DNA of 64,000 nt from an uncultured delta proteobacterium (GCA_963760795.1 CAVXEP010000032.1:224001-288000); one strand, 5' to 3'. Shown: positions 50,651 through 60,860, numbered from the stretch's first letter. Notes: generated by a model from the sequence alone, not told the origin. Program-made: numbers and translations.

Positions 50651-51406
50651 TTAGTCGGTCAATTTCACACGCGGTTGGCGAAGCTGTAGATCCTTAACCC
50701 CGCCCCAAAATTCACGTTTGCCGGTCATCGCCTGGACATGGCCGTCCCATTCGAGCGTGAAGGCGGTCAATCCCAACTTAACCGCCGCGCGAATTTTATT
50801 TTGCGTTACATCGTCGGTGGCAAGAAGGCGGATAGCGTCAATCTGTCGGCTGCCATGGCCTTCGTCCTGGGCCGCGTGAAGTTGATAGGTCGCCGCGGCC
50901 CGCGGCGAGAAGCCGTAGTGGCCGGTCAATTCGCGATAGACCTTCTCGGAGATTTTTCCCTCGCCGCCGAGTTGGCTTTCGACAAAGGCGAGCATGGCGA
51001 CGCCTTCGAGGGCGGAGCGGCGCTGGCAGCAGCCAACGATCATCTCGATCGCAGCCAAGGTGCCTGGCGCCGGTTCGGCATTGTCCGCCTGTTCGCGCGA
51101 AATGCCGCCTGCTTCGAGAAATTGCAGCATGATGTCGACGTGGGTACGCTTGCCGCCGAGTTCTTCCATGAAGTTTTCTAAGACCGTCGCCATCACGGTG
51201 TATTCCTTTGCCGACACCGCGTTGATCGCCATATGGCCGAAGAAGATCGGGTTGGTGCGCACCCGCAGATAGTGCTGCACTTCGCCGAGAATGATTTGTT
51301 CCTTGGTCCAACGGTGCTTGATGATGCCGTCGAACCAGGGATGTTGCTCCATTGGCACTTCCGCGGCGTAGCTCCACAGTTCATCGATAAATTCTTCTGG
51401 CTTCAT
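50651..51406 (-). CDS. Heme-oxygenase-like diiron enzyme (PqqC/CADD-like)
   Basis: HPWF, ENFMEE-x6-H, FVESQ, YQLHAAQDEGH. Confidence 0.85.
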   Translation of the reverse strand: MKPEEFIDELWSYAAEVPMEQHPWFDGIIKHRWTKEQIILGEVQHYLRVRTNPIFFGHMAINAVSAKEYTVMATVLENFMEELGGKRTHVDIMLQFLEAGGISREQADNAEPAPGTLAAIEMIVGCCQRRSALEGVAMLAFVESQLGGEGKISEKVYRELTGHYGFSPRAAATYQLHAAQDEGHGSRQIDAIRLLATDDVTQNKIRAAVKLGLTAFTLEWDGHVQAMTGKREFWGGVKDLQLRQPRVKLTD

Positions 51407-51559
51407 GGCCAACCAAGTAGCGCAAGTGTTCGCCATTGTCCACCCCATGCTAGCCCTGATACCTGTGCCATGCCTTTGATATGGCTTGATTGCACCGACA
51501 CTTCGGCGCTAGATAGCTAAGGGAAACGATTCGGCCGATTGTGCGCTTGGGAGGGAATT

Positions 51560-52090
51560 ATGGCAGCAGTCGTTGGGCTCGGACATGTCGGGATTTACGT
51601 TCGGGACCTGGAAGCAATGGCGGCGTTCTACCGCGATACCCTGGGTATGCGCATCACCAAGCAGAACTGGCGCGCCGGGATCGTTTTCTTTAGCACGGAC
51701 CCGGACAAGGCCGATCATGAGATCGCGCTGTTTCGCGGCCGGCCGGAAGACGCCGATTCACGGTTGATCAATCAAATCTCACTGCGTGTCGAGACACTGG
51801 AAGATTTGCGCATCATGCACAAAAGACTCGTTGCTGCCGGTTTACGCATAGATGCCGTAGTCAATCATGTCAGCGCTCTGGGCTGCTACTACTTCGATCC
51901 CGAAGGTAATCGATCGGAAGTGTTCTGGCTAACCGGGCGGGCCTGTTGGGTGCCGATCGCGCACTTGATCGATATTCATCGTGCCGACGCCGCCGTGCTG
52001 GCGGAAGTCGACGCCTTGTGGGAAAGGTTGCGCCATGTCGGCATGGGTGAGCGCATGGCCAATGAGCCGGCGACGTTGCAGTTGGATTGA
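51560..52090 (+). CDS. VOC/glyoxalase family protein
   Basis: LGHVGIYVRDL...FYRDTLG, HEIAL, YYFDPEGNRSE. Confidence 0.9.
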   Translation: MAAVVGLGHVGIYVRDLEAMAAFYRDTLGMRITKQNWRAGIVFFSTDPDKADHEIALFRGRPEDADSRLINQISLRVETLEDLRIMHKRLVAAGLRIDAVVNHVSALGCYYFDPEGNRSEVFWLTGRACWVPIAHLIDIHRADAAVLAEVDALWERLRHVGMGERMANEPATLQLD

Positions 52091-52098
52091 GGTAATCA

Positions 52099-52970
52099 AT
52101 GGAAACAATCAAAATTGGCATCGGTACTTCGAGCATCGGCCGGTTCCTGCCCTATGTGGCTGAGGCGGCCGGTTTGTTTGCCGAGCAAAATATCGCCGTT
52201 GAGATCGTCAACCAGCTCGACGAAGAGAAAGTTGTCGAGGACATCGTCTCGCAAACTATCCCCATCGGCACCCCCAACGCGCCGTCGCTGATTTTCTCCC
52301 AGCTCAACGGCAACGACCTGGTCATGATCGGCGGCCTGTTGAACCGTCCGGCATTTTATTTGGTGGCCAATCCGAAGATCGAATCGATCGCCAACCTGAA
52401 AGGCAAACGAGTCGGGATCAATCAACCCCGCCGGATGGCGGGCATGATGATGCTGGCGCTATTGCGGCGCTGGCAGTTCGATCGCGACAAGGATCTCGAA
52501 CTGGTCGATCTCGGCCTCAACGATCGCAGTTTCGAGGCGCTTCAGTAGCGGCGATCTCGACGCCGCGCTCTTGCCGCCGGAGAAAGCCTTCATGGCCGAG
52601 GCCGAATGGCTTGCGCATTGTCGCCGATACTCTCGCACTCGATAGCCAATGGGTGCCGCTGGCGACCACGCGGCGTTTTCTCGCCGGTAACCGCGACCTG
52701 GTTGGCAAGGTCGCGGCGATCTACCGCGACAGTGTCCAACTATTCAAGAACGATGCGCCATTGGCGCGCGCTACCATCGGGCGCCAACTGCCGGCTTTGC
52801 GCAACCAACCGCAGGTGCTCGACAAATGTTACCGCGTCTTCGCCGAGCTGTTTGAGCCGACGTTAATTGTCGCGCCGGCCGCGCTCACCGCCGTGCTTGC
52901 CGAAGTCGCCTTGCAGGATGCACGAGCCAGCCGCCTGGTGCCGGAGAATCTGATTGCTGAGCTGGGCTAG
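52099..52970 (+). CDS. ABC substrate-binding protein (NMT1-like), two +1 indels near 52546 and 52607
   Basis: Removing two single T bases gives a continuous EALQSGDLDAALLPPEKAFMAEAEGLRIVAD. Confidence 0.8.
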
Positions 52971-53139
52971 TCTCGGACATTAGCGGTGTTGCCGCGCCGC
53001 AAGGAAGGATGACCATGCTTGAACTCTATCACGGATACACTTCCGTCTGTGCCCAGAAGGTGCGGCTGACGTTTTCATCGAGCTCGAGGGTAGTTTAATC
53101 GGCGATTTGTTACCGCTATTCAAAAAAAGGAGAACCACG

Positions 53140-53982
53140 ATGGCCAAGAAGAAAGAATACACCTGTGTGCTTGTCGAGACCGACGATGAAGGCATTACCT
53201 GGATCACCTTCAATCGGCCGGAGAAGCGCAACGCCATGAGTCCGACGCTCCATGTCGAGATGGAAGAGATTCTTTACGGCCTGGAGACCGATGATGAGAC
53301 CAAAGTCATTGTGCTCACGGGGGCGGGGAATAGCTGGAGCGCGGGCATGGACTTGAAGCAGTATTTTCGCGAGACCGACAAAGATCCGGTGGCGCGCTTT
53401 CGCGCCGCGACGGCGCACCGGCGCTGGGCGACCGAGTTGCTGGCCTGGTCGCGCAAGCCGACCATCGCCATGGTCAATGGCTACTGTTACGGCGGCGCGT
53501 TTGTCTCGCTGGCGGCCTGTGACATCGTCATCGCCGCGGACAGCGCCACCTTCGGTTTGTCAGAGGTCAATTGGGGCATCATTCCCGGCGGCAATGTCAG
53601 CAAAGTCTTCGGTGAAATGGTGGGGTTCCGCAACGCCATGTTCTACGCCATGACCGGCCGCACCATCGATGGCCGTAAGGCTGCCGAGATCGGCATTGCC
53701 ACTATGGCGGTGCCGGCTGAAAAATTGCGCGATGAGACGGTCACGATTGCGCGTGAACTAATCGCCAAAAGCCCGATGGTTCTGGCCTACACCAAGCATG
53801 CGATCCGCGCTGTGCGCGGCATGGATATGGATCAAGCGTACGAGTATTTGGGGGCGAAGAGTATGGCGTTGCGCGCTGCCGACCCCGAACGCACGCGAGA
53901 ACGCGGCATGCGCGAATTCTTGGACGAAAAGAGCTACCGCCCTGGATTGGAGCCGGTAAAGCGGCCGACGGGCGAGAAATGA
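53140..53982 (+). CDS. p-Hydroxycinnamoyl-CoA hydratase/lyase (crotonase family)
   Basis: NRPEKRNAMSPTL, WSAGMDLK.YFRE, LSEVNWGIIPGG, C-terminal FLDEKSYRPGL signature. Confidence 0.9.
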   Translation: MAKKKEYTCVLVETDDEGITWITFNRPEKRNAMSPTLHVEMEEILYGLETDDETKVIVLTGAGNSWSAGMDLKQYFRETDKDPVARFRAATAHRRWATELLAWSRKPTIAMVNGYCYGGAFVSLAACDIVIAADSATFGLSEVNWGIIPGGNVSKVFGEMVGFRNAMFYAMTGRTIDGRKAAEIGIATMAVPAEKLRDETVTIARELIAKSPMVLAYTKHAIRAVRGMDMDQAYEYLGAKSMALRAADPERTRERGMREFLDEKSYRPGLEPVKRPTGEK

Positions 53983-54033
53983 GCTAGTTCCTTGGCAAAC
54001 TTGCACTGCTAACAAGAATTAAGGAGGAAGAGC

Positions 54034-55050
54034 ATGGATCGCTTCCGTTCGGTTCTTGTCTCAATGGTTTTCCTACTACTCACGGCGGCGCAGTTTTCGC
54101 TGGTGTCGGCGCAAACCAAGCTTACCATCGGCTATGCCGCCGTTAGTCCGCGTACCACTCCGCTATATCTCGCCCAGGAACAGGGTCTGTTCGCCAAGTA
54201 TGGTCTCGATCCGAAGATCGTACTGGTGCGCGCCGCGGCAACGCTTGTGGCGACTTTAGTTACCGGCGAAATGGACGTGGGCTACACCGGCGGCACTTCC
54301 GTATTGGGCGCGGCGGGGCAGGGATCGTATCTGAGAATTCTCTCGTCGATCTCCAGCACCCTGACCCATACCTTGGTCGCATACCCGAGCTTCAAGCGCG
54401 CAGAGGAGTTGCGCGGCAAACGCTTCGGCATCCAAAACCCCGGGGGCACCACCTGGATCAACACAATCTTGGCCTTGGAGCATGTCGGCCTAGATTACAA
54501 GAGGGACAACATCAATTTACTAGCGATCGGCGATTCGGTTTTGGTCGGACAGGCACTCGAAGCTGGTCGGGTAGACGCAGCGGTTCTCGACGGCGCATTG
54601 GTGCGCCGGTTGCGCAGCAAAGGATTCACCATCATCGCGGAGCTCCAGCCGGCGAAGATTCCCTTGCTCAGCCAAGCGATCGTTGTGTCACCGGAGTTCC
54701 TGCAAAAGCGCGCGGACATCGCTGAAAAACTCCTCATGACGCTGGTCGAGAGCCTGGCCTACAGCATGGCGCCGGCGAACAAAGCGGTGGTGATCAAAAC
54801 TATGATGCGCAAGTTTCAGATCGCTGATCCCGCGGTGGCGGAGGAGGGCTATCAAGATTATTTGAGCAGCGTCGAGCGCCGGCCGATTCCCATGGTGGAC
54901 GGGATGCACAACATTCGCCGCCTGCTAGCCACGCTCAATCCGAAAATTGCCAACGTCAAAGTCGAAGATCTGATCGATAGCCGCTTGATTCGCAAACTTG
55001 ATGACAACGGTTTCATCGATAAAATCGCCGCCAGTTACGGATTGAAATAG
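54034..55050 (+). CDS. ABC substrate-binding protein (NMT1/SsuA-like)
   Basis: Signal peptide, AQEQGLFAKYGL, ELRGKRFGI, LDDNGFID. Confidence 0.88.
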   Translation: MDRFRSVLVSMVFLLLTAAQFSLVSAQTKLTIGYAAVSPRTTPLYLAQEQGLFAKYGLDPKIVLVRAAATLVATLVTGEMDVGYTGGTSVLGAAGQGSYLRILSSISSTLTHTLVAYPSFKRAEELRGKRFGIQNPGGTTWINTILALEHVGLDYKRDNINLLAIGDSVLVGQALEAGRVDAAVLDGALVRRLRSKGFTIIAELQPAKIPLLSQAIVVSPEFLQKRADIAEKLLMTLVESLAYSMAPANKAVVIKTMMRKFQIADPAVAEEGYQDYLSSVERRPIPMVDGMHNIRRLLATLNPKIANVKVEDLIDSRLIRKLDDNGFIDKIAASYGLK

Positions 55051-55130
55051 TCATCGGCACGAGGCGCACATTCGGTGTTATTGCACCGCTCGCGCTTTTC
55101 TTCACGCCAAGTTTTCGTTAAGTCTAACCC

Positions 55131-55802
55131 ATGGCAAAAAACTTTAGCGTCGAACTGCGGCAGCGCAGCGAGCGTATCTGGCGGGCAATTGACGGACATC
55201 CGTTTCTCTGTGAGTTGGCGGCGGGGAGTTTGCCGATGAATCGGTTTACCTACTTCATCTTGCAAGACTATGTTTACCTTCTCGACTTCGCTCAGGTGCT
55301 CTGCCTTGGCGGCGCCAAGGCGTCGAATTTGGAAATCTTAGAACTCTTTTGCCGTCACGCTTTAGGCGCGGTGGAGGTCGAGCGCAGCTTTCACGCGAGC
55401 TTCGGCAAAACGTTGAGGCTGTCGCGTAAACAGTTGGACGCCGTGCCCAAGGGACCGCGCACGCAGGCGTACATCGATCACTTACAGTCGGTGGCGCGCG
55501 GCGGCAGTCTGGGTGAGTTGGTGGCCGCGGTATTGCCTTGTTATTGGATCTACGGTGAAACCGGCAAGCGCTTATTCAAGAGCCGGCCCGCCAAGCCGAA
55601 AATCTATCGCCAGTGGATCGAGACCTACGCGTCTGAGGCTTTTTGGCAACCGGTGCGCGAGCAGATTCGCCTGATGGATCGGCTCGCCGCGATGGCGAGC
55701 CCGGCTGAGAAAAAACGCATGGTCGAGTTGTTCATTCTCAGCAGTCGCTATGAACTATTGTTTTGGGAACAGGCCTATCGGTTGGAGAGCTGGCCGATTT
55801 GA
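55131..55802 (+). CDS. tenA: Thiaminase II / TenA
   Basis: HPF, YFILQDYVYL, VLPCYWIYG, WIETY, SSRYE..FW. Confidence 0.9.
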   Translation: MAKNFSVELRQRSERIWRAIDGHPFLCELAAGSLPMNRFTYFILQDYVYLLDFAQVLCLGGAKASNLEILELFCRHALGAVEVERSFHASFGKTLRLSRKQLDAVPKGPRTQAYIDHLQSVARGGSLGELVAAVLPCYWIYGETGKRLFKSRPAKPKIYRQWIETYASEAFWQPVREQIRLMDRLAAMASPAEKKRMVELFILSSRYELLFWEQAYRLESWPI

Positions 55803-55855
55803 CCATTCCTTCAATACACTGCTGTTGCCAATAACGAAGGGCGGGTTTGTCGATA

Positions 55856-56224
55856 CTATCCGACTGCTGCCCGGCGGTGGCGCGCAGCGGCCATATGGTT
55901 GACACCGATGCTTAGGATGCCCAGGACTAAATGGCTGAGTTGAACCAGCCAGTGATGTTCCCCAGCAACCATAGCGGCTTGATTTAGGCCGATGTAGATC
56001 GTTAGCGCTCCGACAATGAATGCGATCGCCGCCAAAATCCAGCTTCCGCCGGTCGAGAGGGCTTGAGCAATGCCGACGGTCCACAGCCCAATTACCGTTA
56101 AAAAGCCCAGCAACATATGCATCGACACTAAACTTGGCGGCCCGCCGGCCCAGAATACCAGACCGGAGGCGAGCGCGAGTATTCCCGCAATAGTCACGAC
56201 GGCGGATGCGTAACGAATCACCAT
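55856..56224 (-). CDS. Small four-TM membrane protein
   Basis: Four hydrophobic segments with HMLLG and HLVLG. Confidence 0.7.
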   Translation of the reverse strand: MVIRYASAVVTIAGILALASGLVFWAGGPPSLVSMHMLLGFLTVIGLWTVGIAQALSTGGSWILAAIAFIVGALTIYIGLNQAAMVAGEHHWLVQLSHLVLGILSIGVNHMAAARHRRAAVG

Positions 56225-56519
56225 GGCGCATTTTGTATAGACTTGGGCTGGCGGTATTGCAATCCCGATACGCTCGGACTGCACGGAATTATACGACAAA
56301 GCTAGTTGGACCTAAGTTTGCTTCATGCGGGGTGTTCCTATAGAGTACTTTAGATCATGTCTCGATCCTATTGGCGCGAAAGAGGTCGAAGACCGGGGCT
56401 ACACCTTCGAATGGCATGGTTGGCGGCGTCGATGCTTCGCCGCAAGATTTCCTGGTCTTGCACCCCATCCCTCTTCCTATATCCGCGGATTTCAAGCATC
56501 CGTTTGCGGAGGGAGTAAT

Positions 56520-57062
56520 ATGCATCCTATTGTTATCGTGCTCATACCCCTGGTTTTGATCATCGTCGGCATGGTTTTAAACAGCATGGGCTTATCGTTC
56601 GATCAACCGCCGAGCTCCGCCGAGCAAGATCCAACCAAGCGGCTGACCCTCGAACGCGACACTTTTCGCCAGTTTTTTGATCGCCAGCGTATAACTGTCA
56701 TGAACCGACAGAAGCGGGTCGGGCAATTCGCTTGGTTGCTAATGTTCGCGACCATCGGTTCGTTTGTCTGGTTGTATAACTATACCGTCGACAAGACCGT
56801 CGGTTTGAATCGCATCGCGTCGTTGCAGACGCTGGGTGCGCAAGAGGTCAAGGATCTGATTCTTTCCGTGACACTGGTCGACGGCAGTAATGTCAAGTAC
56901 ATCATCAAACTTCCGGCAGCCGATCAGAAGGTCGATCCGAAGGTCAAGGAAGCGATCTCGACAGAGAAGGTTTCCTCCTGGGAGATGGAAAAGCTAACCA
57001 CCGCCTTGAGCATCGGCGACAACGTTTTGCCAATGGGCGTCGCCTTGAAGATTGCCAACTGA
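56520..57062 (+). CDS. Hypothetical membrane protein
   Basis: GGAG RBS, two TM segments. Confidence 0.65.
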   Translation: MHPIVIVLIPLVLIIVGMVLNSMGLSFDQPPSSAEQDPTKRLTLERDTFRQFFDRQRITVMNRQKRVGQFAWLLMFATIGSFVWLYNYTVDKTVGLNRIASLQTLGAQEVKDLILSVTLVDGSNVKYIIKLPAADQKVDPKVKEAISTEKVSSWEMEKLTTALSIGDNVLPMGVALKIAN

Positions 57063-57199
57063 CGGATCACCCAGCGATGTCGCGACGGCCGCTGCCATGT
57101 CGCTAGGTGCGACTATCGAAGGCGCGTTCGCTGCCCCTGCGGGCTAATGCAACACCTGTCGTGGTGTGAGCGTGCGACGCTTGAGAAGGGAGCTGTGAG

Positions 57200-57490
57200 A
57201 TGGCGGACGAGTCTAAGCCGTTGTTCGTCGGGATCAAGATATCGAAGGCGTTACAGAACGACCTCGATAGCCCCGCACCGGGGACGAAGCATTACTTCGA
57301 TGGCAACGAGAACAAGGACTATCTCCAGATCATCGACGTGGGCGAGGATAAGTTCATCGGTCGTTATATCAAGAGCGGTTACCCCGCAGCGGGAATCACG
57401 GACGTGAGCCGCAATATTTGCAGTATCATCAAGCTCATCGCCCGTGGCCGCCGGATCGAGGAAAACGACGTGCATATTTATTCCTCGTGA
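57200..57490 (+). CDS. Hypothetical protein
   Basis: GGAG RBS, protein-like composition. Confidence 0.65.
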   Translation: MADESKPLFVGIKISKALQNDLDSPAPGTKHYFDGNENKDYLQIIDVGEDKFIGRYIKSGYPAAGITDVSRNICSIIKLIARGRRIEENDVHIYSS

Positions 57491-57550
57491 GGGTCGAAAG
57501 CGTTATGACATGGCAATGAGAACCTGAGGCTTTTTACAGAGAAGGTGTCT

Positions 57551-57991
57551 ATGGAAGAAAAACATGAGATTAGTTTGCGCGACGGCACAGTCGTGCGCCA
57601 CAAGAATAAGGGGTACGAAGGCAAGATCGAAGGTACGACGGCGATCAAGGCCTGCTTCACTAGGGGCGGGATGCTGTTGGATACGCCGCTCTCGAAAGAA
57701 GCATTTCAATATAGAGTGGTGGTAAACGGTGAAGCTGCGCGTTGTATCGCTCCCGCTGAAGATCTAGAAATCCTCGATGCCACCAGCGCAATTATCTGTG
57801 TCCGTTGTCAAAAGAACTTTAATACCAAACCCGGCTTAGCCGGCAAACCGGGCGGTCGATGCACCTGCGGCGGCTGGATCTGCCCCGCTTGCCAGGGTTG
57901 CCGCGTCGAAGTTAGCGGCGAAGATAAAAAAAAGGCATGTCTCAATCAGCGCAAGCGTTTTCTGCGCAAGACGGCTAGTCTGAAGAAATAG
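57551..57991 (+). CDS. Hypothetical protein, SH3-like N-terminus plus Cys-rich zinc finger
   Basis: CVRC, CTCGGWICPACQGC motifs. Confidence 0.7.
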   Translation: MEEKHEISLRDGTVVRHKNKGYEGKIEGTTAIKACFTRGGMLLDTPLSKEAFQYRVVVNGEAARCIAPAEDLEILDATSAIICVRCQKNFNTKPGLAGKPGGRCTCGGWICPACQGCRVEVSGEDKKKACLNQRKRFLRKTASLKK

Positions 57992-58040
57992 CCAAATAAA
58001 GTGGCGGGGATTTGCTCAACCTTGCAGGTAATGAGCTTGT

Positions 58041-58340
58041 TTAGCTTTCTAGCTTAGCGTATTCACACCGCGGGCAAGCGGCTCCGACCAACACCGGCCA
58101 GCCGCAGTCATTGCAGGTCGTCACCGGTTCACCGAGCATGCCGCGCACGAGAGAGCCGCAGCGCCGCCCGCCGCAGGGGCCGGTGCCGACGCCGGTGCGC
58201 TTACCAATCTGTTCAAAGGTTTTAGCGCCGGCTTGAATCGCTTTGGCCACGGTACCGCGGCGGATCTTGTTACAGATGCAGGCGGGTTTGAAGTTATCGA
58301 TGACCGCTTGCTGCCGGGCTTTTTGTTCTTGCTCGTCGAT
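58041..58340 (-). CDS. BFD-like (2Fe-2S)-binding protein with C-terminal zinc ribbon; start appears to be ATC
   Basis: ACICNKIRRGTV...TGVGTGPCGGRRC; CNDC...CPRC; AAGGA 8 nt before ATC. Confidence 0.75.
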   Translation of the reverse strand: MDEQEQKARQQAVIDNFKPACICNKIRRGTVAKAIQAGAKTFEQIGKRTGVGTGPCGGRRCGSLVRGMLGEPVTTCNDCGWPVLVGAACPRCEYAKLES

Positions 58341-58403
58341 GGTCGGGTTCCTTGCCTTTGCCGTTTAATGAAACCACTCTAGCATAAAATGCCCTGAGAC
58401 TAA

Positions 58404-59393
58404 CTACTTCGAAGCGACGACGAGGGACGAAGTCATCGGCGCCGGCAGGTCGATGTGTTCGACGCGGTTCATTCCCGCCTGTTTCATCCAAGTTTCAATC
58501 TCTCTGAAACTATAACAACGGCCGCCGTCGGTGGTGAGGAGCATGAGCAGACTGAAGATCGCGCCGACGGGCGGCTGGGAGCGGCTGTCGTCGAGAATAT
58601 GGTCTTTAACGATCAAGAGCCCGTCGGGCTTTAGATTCGCCGCCAACTTGCGTATCAGCGCGCCATTGCGGTCGTAGTTCTCACCGTGAATGATGTTCGA
58701 TAGTAAGATTGCGTCGTAGCTGCCAGTGATCGGATCGGTGCGGTAATCGCCGGCGATCAGTTCGATACGCGCCGATAGATTCGCGCTCCTCACGAAGCGG
58801 TCGGTGATTTCCAACGTTCCAGGCAGATCGACGATGGTCGCGCGCAGTTGGGGAAATTTTTGACATAAGGCGATCGGATAAGTGGCGGGTCCGGAGCCGA
58901 CATCGAGAATCGACTCGACCTTGGACCAGTCAAGGTCAGTGGCCAAAACTTCCGCGTCGCCGCGCGCTTTGACCAAAGAGTCCATGGCGTTGATGAAGAC
59001 CTCGGTTTCCCGCGCATCGGACTGATACATGTTGGGCGGGCGGGTTGGCAAACCGGTACGGATCGCTTCGGGAAGTTTTTCCCAGTCGTGCCATAACATG
59101 GCATCGAAACCGATCATGCCGCCGACGTAATTCGGCGATCTGCGCAGCAGATGGCGCCGGCTAACCTCGGTCAATGCAAACTCTGTGCGATGTTTTGCCA
59201 GCAAGCCGACGGCGGTGAGCGCGTTGAGCAACAGCTCCGTTGCTTGTTCATCCAGTTCTAAGTTTTGCGCCAGAGCTGGTGCGTTAAGAGCCGTGGCTTC
59301 GAGTGCGTCGAAAATGGCGAGTTCAACGGCCGTCTGAACGATGCGCGCCTCGACATGGCCGGCGGCCAGACCCATGAGCTGGGAGAAATTCAT
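58404..59393 (-). CDS. SAM-dependent O-methyltransferase with dimerisation domain
   Basis: AVELAIFD, LDVGSGPA, DLP, GDY, SNIIH. Confidence 0.92.
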   Translation of the reverse strand: MNFSQLMGLAAGHVEARIVQTAVELAIFDALEATALNAPALAQNLELDEQATELLLNALTAVGLLAKHRTEFALTEVSRRHLLRRSPNYVGGMIGFDAMLWHDWEKLPEAIRTGLPTRPPNMYQSDARETEVFINAMDSLVKARGDAEVLATDLDWSKVESILDVGSGPATYPIALCQKFPQLRATIVDLPGTLEITDRFVRSANLSARIELIAGDYRTDPITGSYDAILLSNIIHGENYDRNGALIRKLAANLKPDGLLIVKDHILDDSRSQPPVGAIFSLLMLLTTDGGRCYSFREIETWMKQAGMNRVEHIDLPAPMTSSLVVASK

Positions 59394-59405
59394 CGCCTGG
59401 TTCGC

Positions 59406-60851
59406 TTAGAGCTTTTCGACGATGCGATAGCTGCGGCTTTTCGGTTTGAGCGGCGCGACGATGCCGCTCTTGACCATCAGGCGAATGTCGCGGTAGGCGG
59501 TGTCGCGGTCGACCTCGGCGATACGCTCGTACTCCGTGGTCGAAAAGGTCTTGCCATGGCAGTAAGCGTAAGCCAGCAAGCGGCGTTGGCGCAGATTGAC
59601 TTGATTGTTGGCGAACTGGCTCAGCCAGCGCAGCGTGGCTTCGTCGTAGACCGGCGCGTTGCGCAGAGTCACGGTAAAAACGAATCCTTCGGCGGAAAGC
59701 TCCGGCGGATGCAGTCCGTAAGTTTCCATTTCTTGATAGATGCGCGGCACGCCTTCGCCCATGTCGCGCACAAAGCCCAGGTCGGCGAGCACGCGGACGA
59801 TCAATGGATTACGCGAGAAATGAATGCTTTTCTGTAGGCGCAACTGTTCGAGCGTCACCGGCGCCGGCGGCAAGCCGGGGCTGCGCACACAGATGTGATC
59901 GTCGAACATCCACACTTCCACCGGCGCGCCGGTGAGCGAATAATCGCGGTGGGCCACAGCATTGACCAGCGCTTCCTGCCAGGCAAAGGTCGGATACTCC
60001 AAGCGTTCGCGGAAAAACAGATCGTGGAGTATGGTGCGCCCGCGCACCTGTTCTTTGATCCGGCCCACCGCTTCGTCAATCAAGCGCACCAGCGGCGCTT
60101 CAAAGCGCATCCGTTTAACGACGTTGAGCGATGCGCCATGCTGCCGTTCATTGCCTTCGTACTTGACGAAGTCAATGCCGGCGCGCGGATGCCAGCGCGT
60201 CGGATCTTTGGCGAACAGCAGCAGCGCCGCCATGTTGGGGCAGGGGATGGCGCGCGAGTTGTCGAGCAAATGATAGGTCTGGCTTAACACCGTCTGGGGA
60301 TCTTGACCGGGATGAAGTTTGTTGACGAACTGGCTCACCAGATCGGTGTCGAGGTCGAACCAAGTGGCGTTTAAGGTTTGCTGGCGCTCATAAAAAACGT
60401 TGCGCTTGGCTTCTTTCAACGAGTGAATCTGCTCGGCCGGCAGAGCCGGTGTTTCCGCGGCGATGCGATAAAACGAGCGGCCGCCGGCGATGCGGTGAAT
60501 GTCCATGCTCGAAGCGACTTCGAACTTGAGCAGTTGCAGGCTGCCCAAGCGAATTTTTTCACAGGCGGGAGTGAGCTGGGGGCGCAGCAAATTCTGCGGC
60601 GCCTGAATCAAGGTTTGCAGCTCGTCTCCATCGTGGGGGATGCCGGTGACGCTCTTATCGGGCTCGACTCCGACTAAAACCGTGCCGCCGTCGGCATTGG
60701 CCATGCCAGACAAGACTCGCACCAGCTCGCGGGAAAGCTCCTCTTCGCGTTTCTTCTGTCCGGATTTGCGCCGATACTCGAAGGCGCTGATGAATTCAAG
60801 GAATTGGCCGCGTTCTTGTTTGAGTAAAAGGCCGATTTCTTCGGTTTTCAT
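59406..60851 (-). CDS. Schlafen/AlbA_2 + RecG-C-like (HATPase) + HTH protein
   Basis: ERGQFLEF, GMANADGGTVLVGV, EALVNAVAHRDYS, RNPLI, GEGV, C-terminal wHTH. Confidence 0.88.
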   Translation of the reverse strand: MKTEEIGLLLKQERGQFLEFISAFEYRRKSGQKKREEELSRELVRVLSGMANADGGTVLVGVEPDKSVTGIPHDGDELQTLIQAPQNLLRPQLTPACEKIRLGSLQLLKFEVASSMDIHRIAGGRSFYRIAAETPALPAEQIHSLKEAKRNVFYERQQTLNATWFDLDTDLVSQFVNKLHPGQDPQTVLSQTYHLLDNSRAIPCPNMAALLLFAKDPTRWHPRAGIDFVKYEGNERQHGASLNVVKRMRFEAPLVRLIDEAVGRIKEQVRGRTILHDLFFRERLEYPTFAWQEALVNAVAHRDYSLTGAPVEVWMFDDHICVRSPGLPPAPVTLEQLRLQKSIHFSRNPLIVRVLADLGFVRDMGEGVPRIYQEMETYGLHPPELSAEGFVFTVTLRNAPVYDEATLRWLSQFANNQVNLRQRRLLAYAYCHGKTFSTTEYERIAEVDRDTAYRDIRLMVKSGIVAPLKPKSRSYRIVEKL

Positions 60852-60860
60852 GTTATTAGA

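Noticed and set aside
52546-52548. TAG in the SBP gene as pyrrolysine or read-through
   Set aside because: The downstream homologous sequence is in a different frame; the TAG is created by an inserted T
13400-52610. About ten frameshifts (ligase ~13427, primase ~15480, ~18390, oxoacid oxidoreductase alpha ~29815 and beta ~32288, SBPs ~34340, ~38860, ~52546/52607, Mo subunit ~43425) as programmed frameshifting or mass pseudogenisation
   Set aside because: Single-base indels, some in short homopolymers, scattered over unrelated and otherwise intact genes with no shared slippery motif. Most consistent with long-read consensus errors; needs a read check.
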